From a virus: a stretch of DNA of 64,000 bases. The notes below the pieces were generated by a model. That model saw only the letters and a list, made by a program, of their open reading frames with translations, was not told the origin of the DNA and did no database searches. The DNA lies in IMG/VR virus record IMGVR_UViG_3300046703_000100, positions 1 to 64,000 of that record. One strand, written 5' to 3'. A program made the position numbers and the translations under genes. Position 1 is the first letter of the stretch. The number at the start of each line of letters is the position of its first letter. Shown here in pieces: positions 49,271 to 58,969 of the stretch.

Positions 49271-50137
49271 TTAATCCATTCTTTCGTCAGGAATTAAAGT
49301 AAAAGTTTGATGAATTTTTACCCATTCATCTGAATGTACTGGAGCTACATATGCAGGAGAATCATGAACAGCAGGTTGTCCTGGTGCTGGACTAACAGGA
49401 GTTATATCTTCAGCATAAACAGCATAAAATCTCCAACATTTTGCTGTTTTATCCCAAACTACAGAATTTTTTGCATCATCTTGTGCTATTTCATTTTGTT
49501 TTGATATTGAATTTATCTGTCCTTTTGGAATATATAGTAAGGATTTCATTTCGTTTCCGTTTACATCTTTTAAAAGATTACCGTCTTTATCTCTTAAAAC
49601 AAAATAACATTTAGCTAAATCTATTTCGAATGTAGAAACTCCCCATTTTTGAGCATTTGGGTTAAAAATAAAATCAATATTTCCTATTTTATCTACACTT
49701 GTACTTTTTCCTGTTTCATCAATAGCATCTGCTTTTTTTATTGGCGGATTATCTTTCCAAAATTGTTGAGAATGTTGTCCATGAGTAATATCTGTTGACC
49801 AATTAGTGTCGTATTCTACAATCTCTAAAGATTTAATATCTAAAGCTCCACCAGAATAACGTGTATGAAAATGACAATTATAACCTTTGGTGGGTTCTGG
49901 TGGTTTTGTATATAACGGAGGATTTTTTAATTCGGAGTCATTCCAAGCTATACTTCCATCACTATTTGTACCTATATCTGAAATACGAAAAGCTTTTGTT
50001 TCTGTTCCTCCTAATGAATAAGGAACAGGGTCTTTTTCTTCAGTATTTGTTGAAAAATCTTCTACTTTATTTTCTAATCCAGCTATTTTAAGATATATTT
50101 CCTCTAATTGTTCACTTAAAGTTTTAAATTCTTCCAT
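49271..50137 (-). CDS. Minor tail protein (hypothetical)
   Basis: Position, coupled to the tail hub gene. Confidence 0.45.
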   Translation of the reverse strand: MEEFKTLSEQLEEIYLKIAGLENKVEDFSTNTEEKDPVPYSLGGTETKAFRISDIGTNSDGSIAWNDSELKNPPLYTKPPEPTKGYNCHFHTRYSGGALDIKSLEIVEYDTNWSTDITHGQHSQQFWKDNPPIKKADAIDETGKSTSVDKIGNIDFIFNPNAQKWGVSTFEIDLAKCYFVLRDKDGNLLKDVNGNEMKSLLYIPKGQINSISKQNEIAQDDAKNSVVWDKTAKCWRFYAVYAEDITPVSPAPGQPAVHDSPAYVAPVHSDEWVKIHQTFTLIPDERMD

Positions 50138-53100
50138 TAGAAATAATCCTCTCCTCTTGACTGTATTGAAACACTTCGTATATAAGTTCTATTATTTTCT
50201 AATTGTAAAGTAACTTGAAAATCTGATAATCGATAAGTCATATTTATAATATTCAAAGGAGTATTCATAACTCCAGGAATTTGTATACGTTTAGATAAAT
50301 CAATATTATAAAAACAAACTGCATCTAATGTTAAATTAATATTTCCTATTATTTTTTCATCGCAAGTTTTACTTAGTTGCCAATTAGCATAATCAATTGC
50401 AAAAGTAGTATCGTTCCAAGTGGGTATATATTGTACATTTCCATTATCGTCTGTATAAAAACCACCTTTTTGTATACTTAATCCAGATAATGATAAATCT
50501 CCATAATATGTAGTGGGATATGTTCCCATTTTACCAGTATAAAACCATAGTGGATAAGGATAAGTAGTAGGTGATTGATGTACTTTTTTATATAACGTTA
50601 CAAATACAGTAGGACGTTGAACTGCAATACATTCTCCATGTTCGTTATATTTTTTAAAATATATTCGTTCATTAAATGTAAGTGTCGAATTTTTATAATC
50701 TATTGAATAACCGTCTTTTTGTACACCTATTGTTTTGTTACATATCCAACCAAATCCACCTCCGTTTATTTCAACTCTAGGAGCATATCGGTCAGACCAA
50801 GTATCGTCTGGAGAATTTAAAGTTCCATAAGCGTCTAAACTATATTTTTTAAATACATCGTTATATAAATGTTCTTTTCCTGTTTCAGGATGATTAAAAT
50901 CATATCCTAATTGATTTTCGGGTGTTGCCAGAATTTCGAGGGAATTTTCCCATGTAGGATTGGGTTGAAAATAAACATTTTCATAATAATAAGATTGATA
51001 ACTTCTATTACCTAAAGTATCTACATAAATCCCCATTTGAACACGTAAATCGTTTATTATATTAGTAGCGTCTGATTTGAAAGATTGACTTAATACATCG
51101 TACAATCCTAAATTTTGATTAAATTGTTGAGCGTTTAACTTAACAATACTGCCTTGTCCTGCTCGCCAAAGAATAGGATTATCGCTTTCATTATAAAACC
51201 AGCCATAATTACCGCAATTATTAATTAATTCGGTAATACTTTCTGATTTAGCTTTTCCCCAACAATTTACAGTTTGAGGAATAAAATTACCAAATTCTAC
51301 AGGAACTCCTAAAGCAGAAAGAGCTACAGCAGGAGTTTTATAATATAATTCTCCTGGAACTGCTCCATAAGGTAAATGTCCAACAAGAAAATATACTCTT
51401 GTTTTATTTTGTTTCCACATTTCGTCTGCACAAGAAAGTTGTATATGTTCTGGATTATCTGTAGGAGTTATTTGTGTAATATAACCTTTAAATAATGTCC
51501 ATATATGATATTTTATTTCAATTACCGATTCTATTGCAGGAATAGTATCGTCATAAGGTCTAGCTAAAACTACATTAGCAGTATGAGCATTATTAAGACC
51601 TTTAGTAATAGAAATAGAATCTACATCAACATCTGTGGTTTCTATAGTATTAATGTATACTTTGATATAGTCTTTTCCTAATGATTGTATTTCTCCAGTT
51701 GCAGGAACTTGCCAAGATGCTCTCATTCTAAAATCGTTGTTACAAGAATATACTCCAGGACTACGAAAAAGAATTTTATTAGTCCAATTAATAAAAGTAC
51801 TTTGTAACATTGAAAATTTATTGTTTATATTTGAAATAATTTGAGACATGAAACTAAATTTGTTATGTATAAATGCAAGTGGTAAACGTGCTTCTATTTC
51901 ATCGGATAAATTCAAAGTATCTATTTCTTCTTCAGAAATAGTTTGTGATAAATCTATCATATCTGATAAACTTAAAAGGTCTGTTTCAATTGCTTTTTGT
52001 GGTCTTTCTATAACTAAAATATCATCTGATAAAGAAAAAGAATCTGTATCTTCTTCGTCTTCATTTAACCAATGTATGTTATCTGCTAAAGTTAAAGTAT
52101 CTGATTTAATTACGTTTTCAAGTGGTATATTTGCATAGATTTCATCTGATAATGTTAATGTATCTGTTTCAATTACTTGTTCCACTACAGGCAAAGAAAA
52201 TTTTTCAAAATATTCTTCATTGGCACTACTTTTTTTATAAGTATAATATAAATATGGAGTATTAAATAATAAATTAGGTAATTGTAAATTACAATTTGTT
52301 GCAGATGCTAATAAAAGAGTTTCAATAGACCAAGAAGAACCGTTCCATAATACATAATAAAGATTTGAAGTACCGTTTATTTCATAAACTAAATAAATAT
52401 TATTTCCGTAAGTCATTATACTCTGAAAATTTTGATAATTATTGGTAGTATTAGTAATTATAGTTGTCCAACTACCCCAAGAACCTTCAGATTTCTTTTT
52501 ATATTGTAATTGATAATCTGAACCTGTTTTATATGACCTAAACATCCATATAGTATCTGAATCTCTTTCTGCTACAATAGATAAAGCTCTATAAAGGGTT
52601 GTATCGCTTATATCTATAGTTTCTACAACCCAAGAATCAGGACTGTTTTCAGTTTTAGTAATTTTTGTTTCTTTGATTAATGTAGAACTATTTAACCACA
52701 TAGCATATAAATGAGAATTAAAAGCTAAACAAAAACTTCCTTGATAATTATAAACGCCAACATTTAAAGTTTTAGAGTCTATTTCTTCAACCCAAGTAGT
52801 ACCTCCATCAATACTTGTATGACAACAATAATAATAATATCCAGAATCATTGCCTCCACCAAAAAGAATTAAATTATTGTCTGAATCTATTTCAGCGTTT
52901 ATACTTGCTCTATAATTAGTAGCTCCTGTAATGGATGTAACGCTTCCCCATGTTCCAGAAATTTTTTGAAAAAATTTAACTTGTCCTGAATCTGTATAAA
53001 AAACAGAAATATTACCCAAAGAATCTACTACAATTGCAGGATTTGTATTAGGGAATCCAAGAGTAACTAATGTTTTATAAGTTCCGCTACCACCTCCATC

Positions 53101-53274
53101 ACCATCTTTAAATGTAGTTCCTCCATCGATAGAAACTGCATAATACAAATGACTAGTAGAAGCTCTAGCATCCCACCCACATATATGAATATAACCAGAA
53201 GAATCTATAAAAATAGAATTACTAACGAAGAATCCTGCTCCATAAAATGTAGTGTTCCATAATTTAACAGCCAT
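50137..53274 (-). CDS. Large tail protein: BNR/Asp-box propeller, acidic repeats, tail hub-like domain
   Basis: SIDGGTTF and SIDGGTTW Asp-boxes; five D.L.LSD.I repeats; LFKGYITQITP...LSCAD hub-like pattern. Confidence 0.65.
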   Translation of the reverse strand: MAVKLWNTTFYGAGFFVSNSIFIDSSGYIHICGWDARASTSHLYYAVSIDGGTTFKDGDGGGSGTYKTLVTLGFPNTNPAIVVDSLGNISVFYTDSGQVKFFQKISGTWGSVTSITGATNYRASINAEIDSDNNLILFGGGNDSGYYYYCCHTSIDGGTTWVEEIDSKTLNVGVYNYQGSFCLAFNSHLYAMWLNSSTLIKETKITKTENSPDSWVVETIDISDTTLYRALSIVAERDSDTIWMFRSYKTGSDYQLQYKKKSEGSWGSWTTIITNTTNNYQNFQSIMTYGNNIYLVYEINGTSNLYYVLWNGSSWSIETLLLASATNCNLQLPNLLFNTPYLYYTYKKSSANEEYFEKFSLPVVEQVIETDTLTLSDEIYANIPLENVIKSDTLTLADNIHWLNEDEEDTDSFSLSDDILVIERPQKAIETDLLSLSDMIDLSQTISEEEIDTLNLSDEIEARLPLAFIHNKFSFMSQIISNINNKFSMLQSTFINWTNKILFRSPGVYSCNNDFRMRASWQVPATGEIQSLGKDYIKVYINTIETTDVDVDSISITKGLNNAHTANVVLARPYDDTIPAIESVIEIKYHIWTLFKGYITQITPTDNPEHIQLSCADEMWKQNKTRVYFLVGHLPYGAVPGELYYKTPAVALSALGVPVEFGNFIPQTVNCWGKAKSESITELINNCGNYGWFYNESDNPILWRAGQGSIVKLNAQQFNQNLGLYDVLSQSFKSDATNIINDLRVQMGIYVDTLGNRSYQSYYYENVYFQPNPTWENSLEILATPENQLGYDFNHPETGKEHLYNDVFKKYSLDAYGTLNSPDDTWSDRYAPRVEINGGGFGWICNKTIGVQKDGYSIDYKNSTLTFNERIYFKKYNEHGECIAVQRPTVFVTLYKKVHQSPTTYPYPLWFYTGKMGTYPTTYYGDLSLSGLSIQKGGFYTDDNGNVQYIPTWNDTTFAIDYANWQLSKTCDEKIIGNINLTLDAVCFYNIDLSKRIQIPGVMNTPLNIINMTYRLSDFQVTLQLENNRTYIRSVSIQSRGEDYF

Positions 53275-53321
53275 AAAAACACTTCTCCCTACTTATATAA
53301 TTAAAATTATTATATTTTCTT

Positions 53322-53759
53322 TTAAGATACCGTTACAGTAATTTTTACATAAAGATTCGTAGAAATATCTACATTCTTTGCAGAAAATGTAAAACTATCT
53401 AACATAATAGAACCAGAAGGAACCTCTGAATTAAAAGTTCCTGCTTCTATAATAGCATAAGATTCTGCCGTTCCAAATGTAAAAGTATGTTCAAATACTG
53501 CTTTAGCAGATGCTAAATAACTTAAAGTAGCAAGAGAACGTGCAACCTCTGTACCTAATGCACTTGAACCTGGAGTACTTGTTCCTATAGCAATAGCTCT
53601 AAAATAAGTAGAATCTACACCATTAAGTAGTTTAGCTACTTCTACTTTACCATCAGTGGTTATTGTATTATCTGTTTCCCATCTGTCTAAAATTTTACCT
53701 GTAACTGCATCTCTTATTTCAAACTCTCCATGACCTTTTAAAACAATCTTATCTTTCAT
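53322..53759 (-). CDS. Tail structural protein
   Basis: NTITTDGK...IAIGT...LGTEVAR...IIEAGTFN pattern common in phage tail modules. Confidence 0.55.
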   Translation of the reverse strand: MKDKIVLKGHGEFEIRDAVTGKILDRWETDNTITTDGKVEVAKLLNGVDSTYFRAIAIGTSTPGSSALGTEVARSLATLSYLASAKAVFEHTFTFGTAESYAIIEAGTFNSEVPSGSIMLDSFTFSAKNVDISTNLYVKITVTVS

Positions 53760-53772
53760 GACTTTATTCCTC

Positions 53773-54144
53773 CTATTTTTTCCAACCTATTTTATTTAAA
53801 GACTTTACATATTCGTTATTTTCGTCAAATAAATGAACTTTTATATCTCCCGACAAAACATGTATTTTATATTCTATCACTTTATCTTTTTTTTGACCTA
53901 ATATATGAATATTTTGTATTTGGGTTTTTCCTGCACTTTCTCCTGATAAAATTTTTGTACATTCTATATACTGATAATACCGAGAATATTCTGACATAAT
54001 AAAATAATCTCCTGTAGGCATACGAAAGAATATTTTTTTAATAGATTTATCAGGTATTTCTTTCCATCCACTATTAAAATAATCTTTTTTTCCATAATAA
54101 GTATCGTTATCAGCAAAAAGAATTATAAATAAAGGTGTGTTCAT
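53773..54144 (-). CDS. Hypothetical protein in tail module
   Basis: ORF with SD within the operon. Confidence 0.5.
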   Translation of the reverse strand: MNTPLFIILFADNDTYYGKKDYFNSGWKEIPDKSIKKIFFRMPTGDYFIMSEYSRYYQYIECTKILSGESAGKTQIQNIHILGQKKDKVIEYKIHVLSGDIKVHLFDENNEYVKSLNKIGWKK

Positions 54145-54158
54145 ATTTATCCTTTCGC

Positions 54159-54818
54159 TTAGATGAAGGAAAATCTCACGACGAGAGAGAATGTCTCAAT
54201 CGCAGGAATTGAATAATTTGCAGGTATTACAATTTTAATATTTGCGTATAACTCTTGTGAAGTTTCAGCAGAAATTAAAACAGGTAATGCTCCAATTCCA
54301 TCATTTAAAGGAACAACTCTTGTAGCACCACTTCCTGCAATAGCAGTACCAACCCAAGCAGAACCAGGTAATGCAGAAGTAGTACAAACTGCTGTAACCA
54401 TTGAATTAGCTGGTGTACCTGCTCCTAATACATTTTTATTAGTAGTAAGCATTGTATCATCATCCCACGCTTCTAATTGTGGTTCAGTTGCAGTCGCACC
54501 GTCAAAAGAAAAACAAAATACATATTGTGCGTTATCGCCCATGCCTTTAACTTCTCTTGTATAAATTCCTCCTGGAGCAGAATAATCCATCAACAAACAT
54601 AAAGCAACCATAACATCTACACTCGGACTAATAATTGGAGAAGCATTTGTTAATTCAGTTTGAGATGGTTCATGTGTCATTCCATCTTTTACAATTGTAT
54701 TACCTGCCGTCCATATAAGGTAATCCAACAAGAGGTCGACATCAAGATAATCTCCTGGAGTTGTTGAAAAAGGTATATCTGCATCTACGGTATTGACTTT
54801 GAATATTAAATCTGTCAT
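54159..54818 (-). CDS. Tail structural protein
   Basis: Ala/Thr/Gly-rich beta protein; SD AAGGAG. Confidence 0.5.
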   Translation of the reverse strand: MTDLIFKVNTVDADIPFSTTPGDYLDVDLLLDYLIWTAGNTIVKDGMTHEPSQTELTNASPIISPSVDVMVALCLLMDYSAPGGIYTREVKGMGDNAQYVFCFSFDGATATEPQLEAWDDDTMLTTNKNVLGAGTPANSMVTAVCTTSALPGSAWVGTAIAGSGATRVVPLNDGIGALPVLISAETSQELYANIKIVIPANYSIPAIETFSLVVRFSFI

Positions 54819-54837
54819 ATATTTATCTCCTTACTTT

Positions 54838-55266
54838 CTAAAAACTTGTAATTAAAAATTTTACATTATATTCCAAACTTTCGGTTCTCATACTCGTTCC
54901 AAAAGTTATATCTTCAGTTCTTATTACTGCAAAACTCCAAGAAGTAATCCATTGACCTCCGCCAGAAGCATTAGGGTCGTAATACTGGAGTGTAAGAGTA
55001 GCTGGTAAAGTAGTTATATTAGTTCGCAATTCACCTTGTTTTGTCATTAAATCTACATAACCATCGTTTGACCATAATATTCCTTTAACATCTATGTCTA
55101 CAGATTTCTTACCCCCTTTGATGACAATACTTCCATCTGCTCTTATACCTCTTATAACATTAGCTTTCATTCCAGGAACAGGGTCAGAAATATTTTGAAC
55201 ATATGGTAAATCATGGTCTCCACCACCGTCATTAAATGTAAGTTTTACAGAATAATCTTGATACAT
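54838..55266 (-). CDS. Distal tail (Dit)-like protein
   Basis: Immediately downstream of the tape measure gene; beta-rich. Confidence 0.45.
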   Translation of the reverse strand: MYQDYSVKLTFNDGGGDHDLPYVQNISDPVPGMKANVIRGIRADGSIVIKGGKKSVDIDVKGILWSNDGYVDLMTKQGELRTNITTLPATLTLQYYDPNASGGGQWITSWSFAVIRTEDITFGTSMRTESLEYNVKFLITSF

Positions 55267-55278
55267 ATATTACTCCTT

Positions 55279-57579
55279 TTAAGGCTTCGTATTTGTTACA
55301 ATTTTTGTCATTGTTCTTTGTAATTGAGGGTCTGTTTCTAGTAAAGCTTTTACTCTTTTACGTACTTCGGCTTCCCATTCAGTATGTGCACCACCAAAAG
55401 GAATATTAACGTTTATTTCCATTTGAGTATTTACACCTTCTCCTTTATGTACACCAGAAGTACCTTCTGTAAGTTTCTTGAATAATTCACTGAGTCCATT
55501 AACATTAGTACCTATATTGCCTAATCCTGCAAATTCGTTCATTGCTGATTGAGCAAAATCTTTACCAAATGTTTTTGCTTTATCGTGTTCAAGTCTATCC
55601 CATTCATCCCAAAATTGAGATGCTCCTGTTTTAAATCCTTTAATTGCTTCTTCGGGAACTTTTGTTATTCCTTCTTCGGGCATACCTGTAGGAAGTTTGT
55701 TTTTTTCGGCTATTAATCCACCAATCGTTTCTTGTTGTTGTTTAGTAAAATTTTTGCGATATTGTTCAATTATTCCAGTATCATAAGGATTTGTTTGATA
55801 TTGTTTTTGTATATCTTCGCCAGACATTAAACGTAATTCCATCATTCTACGTAATCTACCTTTTTCCATATCGTCTGCTTTTTCATATTGAAAAGCCAAA
55901 TCAGATTCCGCAGATTTTTCTTTCTCTTTTTCTTTAGCAATTGCAATAACTTGTTGAAGTCTTAATTTTTCTAATTCTAATCTATCTACTTCGATACCTT
56001 TTGAGGAAGCATCTATTTGTAATTGTTGCATTTTTACTTCAAGAATTTGAGTTTCAGAAGCTCCCATTGTTTGTAATAATGCACCAAGTTCTTTAGCATA
56101 TTGGGTTTCTTCTTTTTTAGAATCTAATTTTATTCCTTGTTGAACTGCTTCCTCACTGGCAACTCCTTGACTACGTTTTTGATGTTCTTCCATTGTTCTT
56201 TGAGACTTTAACCATTCGTCTACATAGGCAGTAAAGCCTATATTATGAACCTGAAGTCCACCTGTTATATTACCATGTAAAAATTTATCATATATTTCTA
56301 CATATCTTTTAAAATTTTCTGTTAAAAAACCTAATCCTATTCCCAATCCTTGTACATTAGGTCTTATACTTACAAGCCAATCATTCAAACTTTGTAAAAA
56401 TCCTTGATATTTTGTAACGTGTCCTGCTCCATTTGTAAATTCAATTGATAATGCTCCTAAATCTGCTTTAAATTGTTTAAATTGAGCTGAAATAGTGTTA
56501 TCTACTATTTTTTTAGTTTTGTCAGCAAATCCAGTGGCGTTCATTTCAGCATCTTGTAATTTAGCAATTAATTCATCAAAGAATGTTAAAATTTCTCTTG
56601 AAGGAGCTGAAGTTCTTGCACCGCCAAAAACTTTAGACAATGCATCCGACTGAGAAGCTGACAAAGTTGTGGAATTTTTTAGTTTTTCTCGAAGTTGTGT
56701 AAAAGTATCTATTATACTAATAGGTTTATTTGGATTTAATTGTAAATTAAAGACATTGGCTAATTCTTTTGAATTTTTACTTAAATTAACAATTTCTTGA
56801 GATAATGATTGACCTGCACGACCACCTTCCACAAAATGAGTATTCAACATACCTAATAAAGTAATCATATTTTCAAATTTATCGCTTGTACCAGTTAAAA
56901 AAGGAGCTAATTTAGAATATCCTTGTGCAACACTGTCTACAGATGCTCCTTGACGAAATTCTGTAAAAGTTAAAATATCAACAATTTTATTAAATTTTTC
57001 AGCAGGTGTAAGTGCTTTGTCCATTTTATCAGCAACTTGTAAATAAGTTTGTGCTATTAATTTTCCTGCTTTTTCAGCTCCCATTCCAGTATCAGTCATT
57101 AAAGCTTCTGTAGCTTTTAATCCTGACATTGCAATACTTGTATCTCCTATAATTCGTTGTAAAGGAATAAAAGCTTTCGATAATTCCGCAACTCCAAATC
57201 TACTATTCATAGAGGTATCTAAAATTTCTTTTTGAATAGAATTTAATTGGGCAGAAATTTCTGAAGTAGTTCCACGCAAAGAGGCTTGTAATTTAGCCAT
57301 ATTATCTTCTAATTCAATATTTGCTTGTATCATGTCTTTAATAGTAGTTAATACTGCTAACATAACTGTTCTTATTGCCATCCATATAGGAGCTACTATT
57401 AAAGCACGTTGTCCAGCTTTTTCAATTATATTGCCAAAATCGTTAGTTTTTGCTCCTGCTATTTGAGCAGTGTCCCCTACTTGAGAAGTTACCGTTCCAA
57501 GTCCTTGTAAACCAGAAAGAACAGCTTGTTGCCCTTTTAATTGAGCTAAAATTGATAATATATATTCTTTGGCTTCCAT
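55279..57579 (-). CDS. Tail tape measure protein
   Basis: 766 aa helical Ala/Gln-rich; GGRAGQSL, KVFGG, TISAQFKQFK TP901-like core; position. Confidence 0.85.
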   Translation of the reverse strand: MEAKEYILSILAQLKGQQAVLSGLQGLGTVTSQVGDTAQIAGAKTNDFGNIIEKAGQRALIVAPIWMAIRTVMLAVLTTIKDMIQANIELEDNMAKLQASLRGTTSEISAQLNSIQKEILDTSMNSRFGVAELSKAFIPLQRIIGDTSIAMSGLKATEALMTDTGMGAEKAGKLIAQTYLQVADKMDKALTPAEKFNKIVDILTFTEFRQGASVDSVAQGYSKLAPFLTGTSDKFENMITLLGMLNTHFVEGGRAGQSLSQEIVNLSKNSKELANVFNLQLNPNKPISIIDTFTQLREKLKNSTTLSASQSDALSKVFGGARTSAPSREILTFFDELIAKLQDAEMNATGFADKTKKIVDNTISAQFKQFKADLGALSIEFTNGAGHVTKYQGFLQSLNDWLVSIRPNVQGLGIGLGFLTENFKRYVEIYDKFLHGNITGGLQVHNIGFTAYVDEWLKSQRTMEEHQKRSQGVASEEAVQQGIKLDSKKEETQYAKELGALLQTMGASETQILEVKMQQLQIDASSKGIEVDRLELEKLRLQQVIAIAKEKEKEKSAESDLAFQYEKADDMEKGRLRRMMELRLMSGEDIQKQYQTNPYDTGIIEQYRKNFTKQQQETIGGLIAEKNKLPTGMPEEGITKVPEEAIKGFKTGASQFWDEWDRLEHDKAKTFGKDFAQSAMNEFAGLGNIGTNVNGLSELFKKLTEGTSGVHKGEGVNTQMEINVNIPFGGAHTEWEAEVRKRVKALLETDPQLQRTMTKIVTNTKP

Positions 57580-57582
57580 TTT

Positions 57583-57933
57583 TTATTTACCTGACTTTCT
57601 ACGAAAAACTATACTTCCCTCTCCATAATTACTATCGATATGTTTCTGAGTTTCATCTTCTGATTTTTTAAGTCTTTTTTCTTTTCTATATAATAAATAA
57701 GCTTCGGTACGTATATCATCCTCTATAACTGCTTCTGATATGTATTTTTCTTGTAAATTTAAATCGTTAAATAATACTCCATAAATTTCTAAATAATAAA
57801 GATACATAATTTGTATTTTAGATAAATCTTTATCATTCTCAAATAAATGAAGAGTTCCGATTTCTTTTGCTCTGTTATAATATATTTGAGCATAATGGGA
57901 ACGAGCTAATTTTTGTAAATGTTCAATATTCAT
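57583..57933 (-). CDS. Tail assembly chaperone-like protein (T part)
   Basis: Directly upstream of the tape measure gene. Confidence 0.5.
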   Translation of the reverse strand: MNIEHLQKLARSHYAQIYYNRAKEIGTLHLFENDKDLSKIQIMYLYYLEIYGVLFNDLNLQEKYISEAVIEDDIRTEAYLLYRKEKRLKKSEDETQKHIDSNYGEGSIVFRRKSGK

Positions 57934-57935
57934 TT

Positions 57936-58568
57936 TTATTTCTTTTCGTTATAGGAATATATCAAATAGGAAAGATAATAAAAAGCTTCGTTAATAACTT
58001 TTGAATCTGATTTCTTAAATTCTTCATAATTACTATAAACTCTCTTCCAATCAGTATCTGTTTTTTCTTCAAGAACAAGAAAGGTAGTATAAGAATTCAC
58101 ATAAAGTAATGATTGGTTTTCGATACTGTAAGAAAGAAGGTCTGTAACTTCCATTGAAATGCCAAATTGTTCTTCTCTCAAACGATGAATTTCTTTCTTT
58201 AATGATTCTATATCTTTAGACAATTCAGCAGTGGCTAATCTAAGTAATGTGCTCTTGATGTCTTCTTGTAAAGAAAGTATTCTTTTTTCTTTTTCAACGA
58301 TATTAATACCTTTTGCAAGATATTTTGTTATCCATTGATTTTTAAACATATAACTATCATCGTTAATCATTTCTAAATATTTTTTACGACGAACCGTATC
58401 CATTTCTTGATGTTCTGTAAAAGTAGGTTTGCGAACTCTATAAGTTTTATTCTCAATAATAAATTCTATTTTATTATCTTTAACTAAATTTTCCATCTTT
58501 ATCGTATCTTCGAGGTCATTAAGAGCTTTCATCGCTTCAAGTGCTATCTCTTTTTTATTCTTATCCAT
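57936..58568 (-). CDS. Tail assembly chaperone-like protein (G part)
   Basis: YRVRKPTFTE motif; lies between tail tube and tape measure genes. Confidence 0.5.
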   Translation of the reverse strand: MDKNKKEIALEAMKALNDLEDTIKMENLVKDNKIEFIIENKTYRVRKPTFTEHQEMDTVRRKKYLEMINDDSYMFKNQWITKYLAKGINIVEKEKRILSLQEDIKSTLLRLATAELSKDIESLKKEIHRLREEQFGISMEVTDLLSYSIENQSLLYVNSYTTFLVLEEKTDTDWKRVYSNYEEFKKSDSKVINEAFYYLSYLIYSYNEKK

Positions 58569-58612
58569 TTTATTCTCCTTACGTTTAATTGTTACATAAA
58601 AAATAGCAAAGA

Positions 58613-58828
58613 CTATTTTATTGTGTCTTTGCTCTTAAATTGCACACTTCCATTTATTAATGTTTTTATATTTCTAATCCATTCATAACAATGCTCTTTA
58701 ACCAAAGCCTTGTATAAATTTGGGGTTAAAGCATTTTCTTTTTCGAGCAATTCTATCCGTTTTAACAACACTCCGACAAGTACTTTACTTTGGTTGTCAA
58801 GTATTTCAAAAATTTCTTTAGTTTCCAT
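58613..58828 (-). CDS. Hypothetical protein
   Basis: SD AAGGA. Confidence 0.55.
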   Translation of the reverse strand: METKEIFEILDNQSKVLVGVLLKRIELLEKENALTPNLYKALVKEHCYEWIRNIKTLINGSVQFKSKDTIK

Positions 58829-58861
58829 CTTACATTTCCTTACATAAAATTATTTTGAAAT

Positions 58862-58960
58862 GCGGAGGGAGAACTTCAGTTTTATTTGCTGAAGTCTCCC
58901 TTCGCCACTGCTATAACCCAAAAAGAACTCTATCGCTAAATAGAGAATCTCTCTGGGGGT
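58862..58960 (-). terminator. Double hairpin downstream of the major tail gene (terminator or stabiliser)
   Basis: On - strand: CTCTAT-ttagcg-ATAGAG-TTCTTTTT, then GCGAAGGGAGACTTCAG...CTGAAGTTCTCCCTCCGC. Confidence 0.65.
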
Positions 58961-58969
58961 AAATAAAAA

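Noticed and set aside
58855-58965. tRNA gene
   Set aside because: No cloverleaf or TTCGA T-loop; it folds as long hairpins
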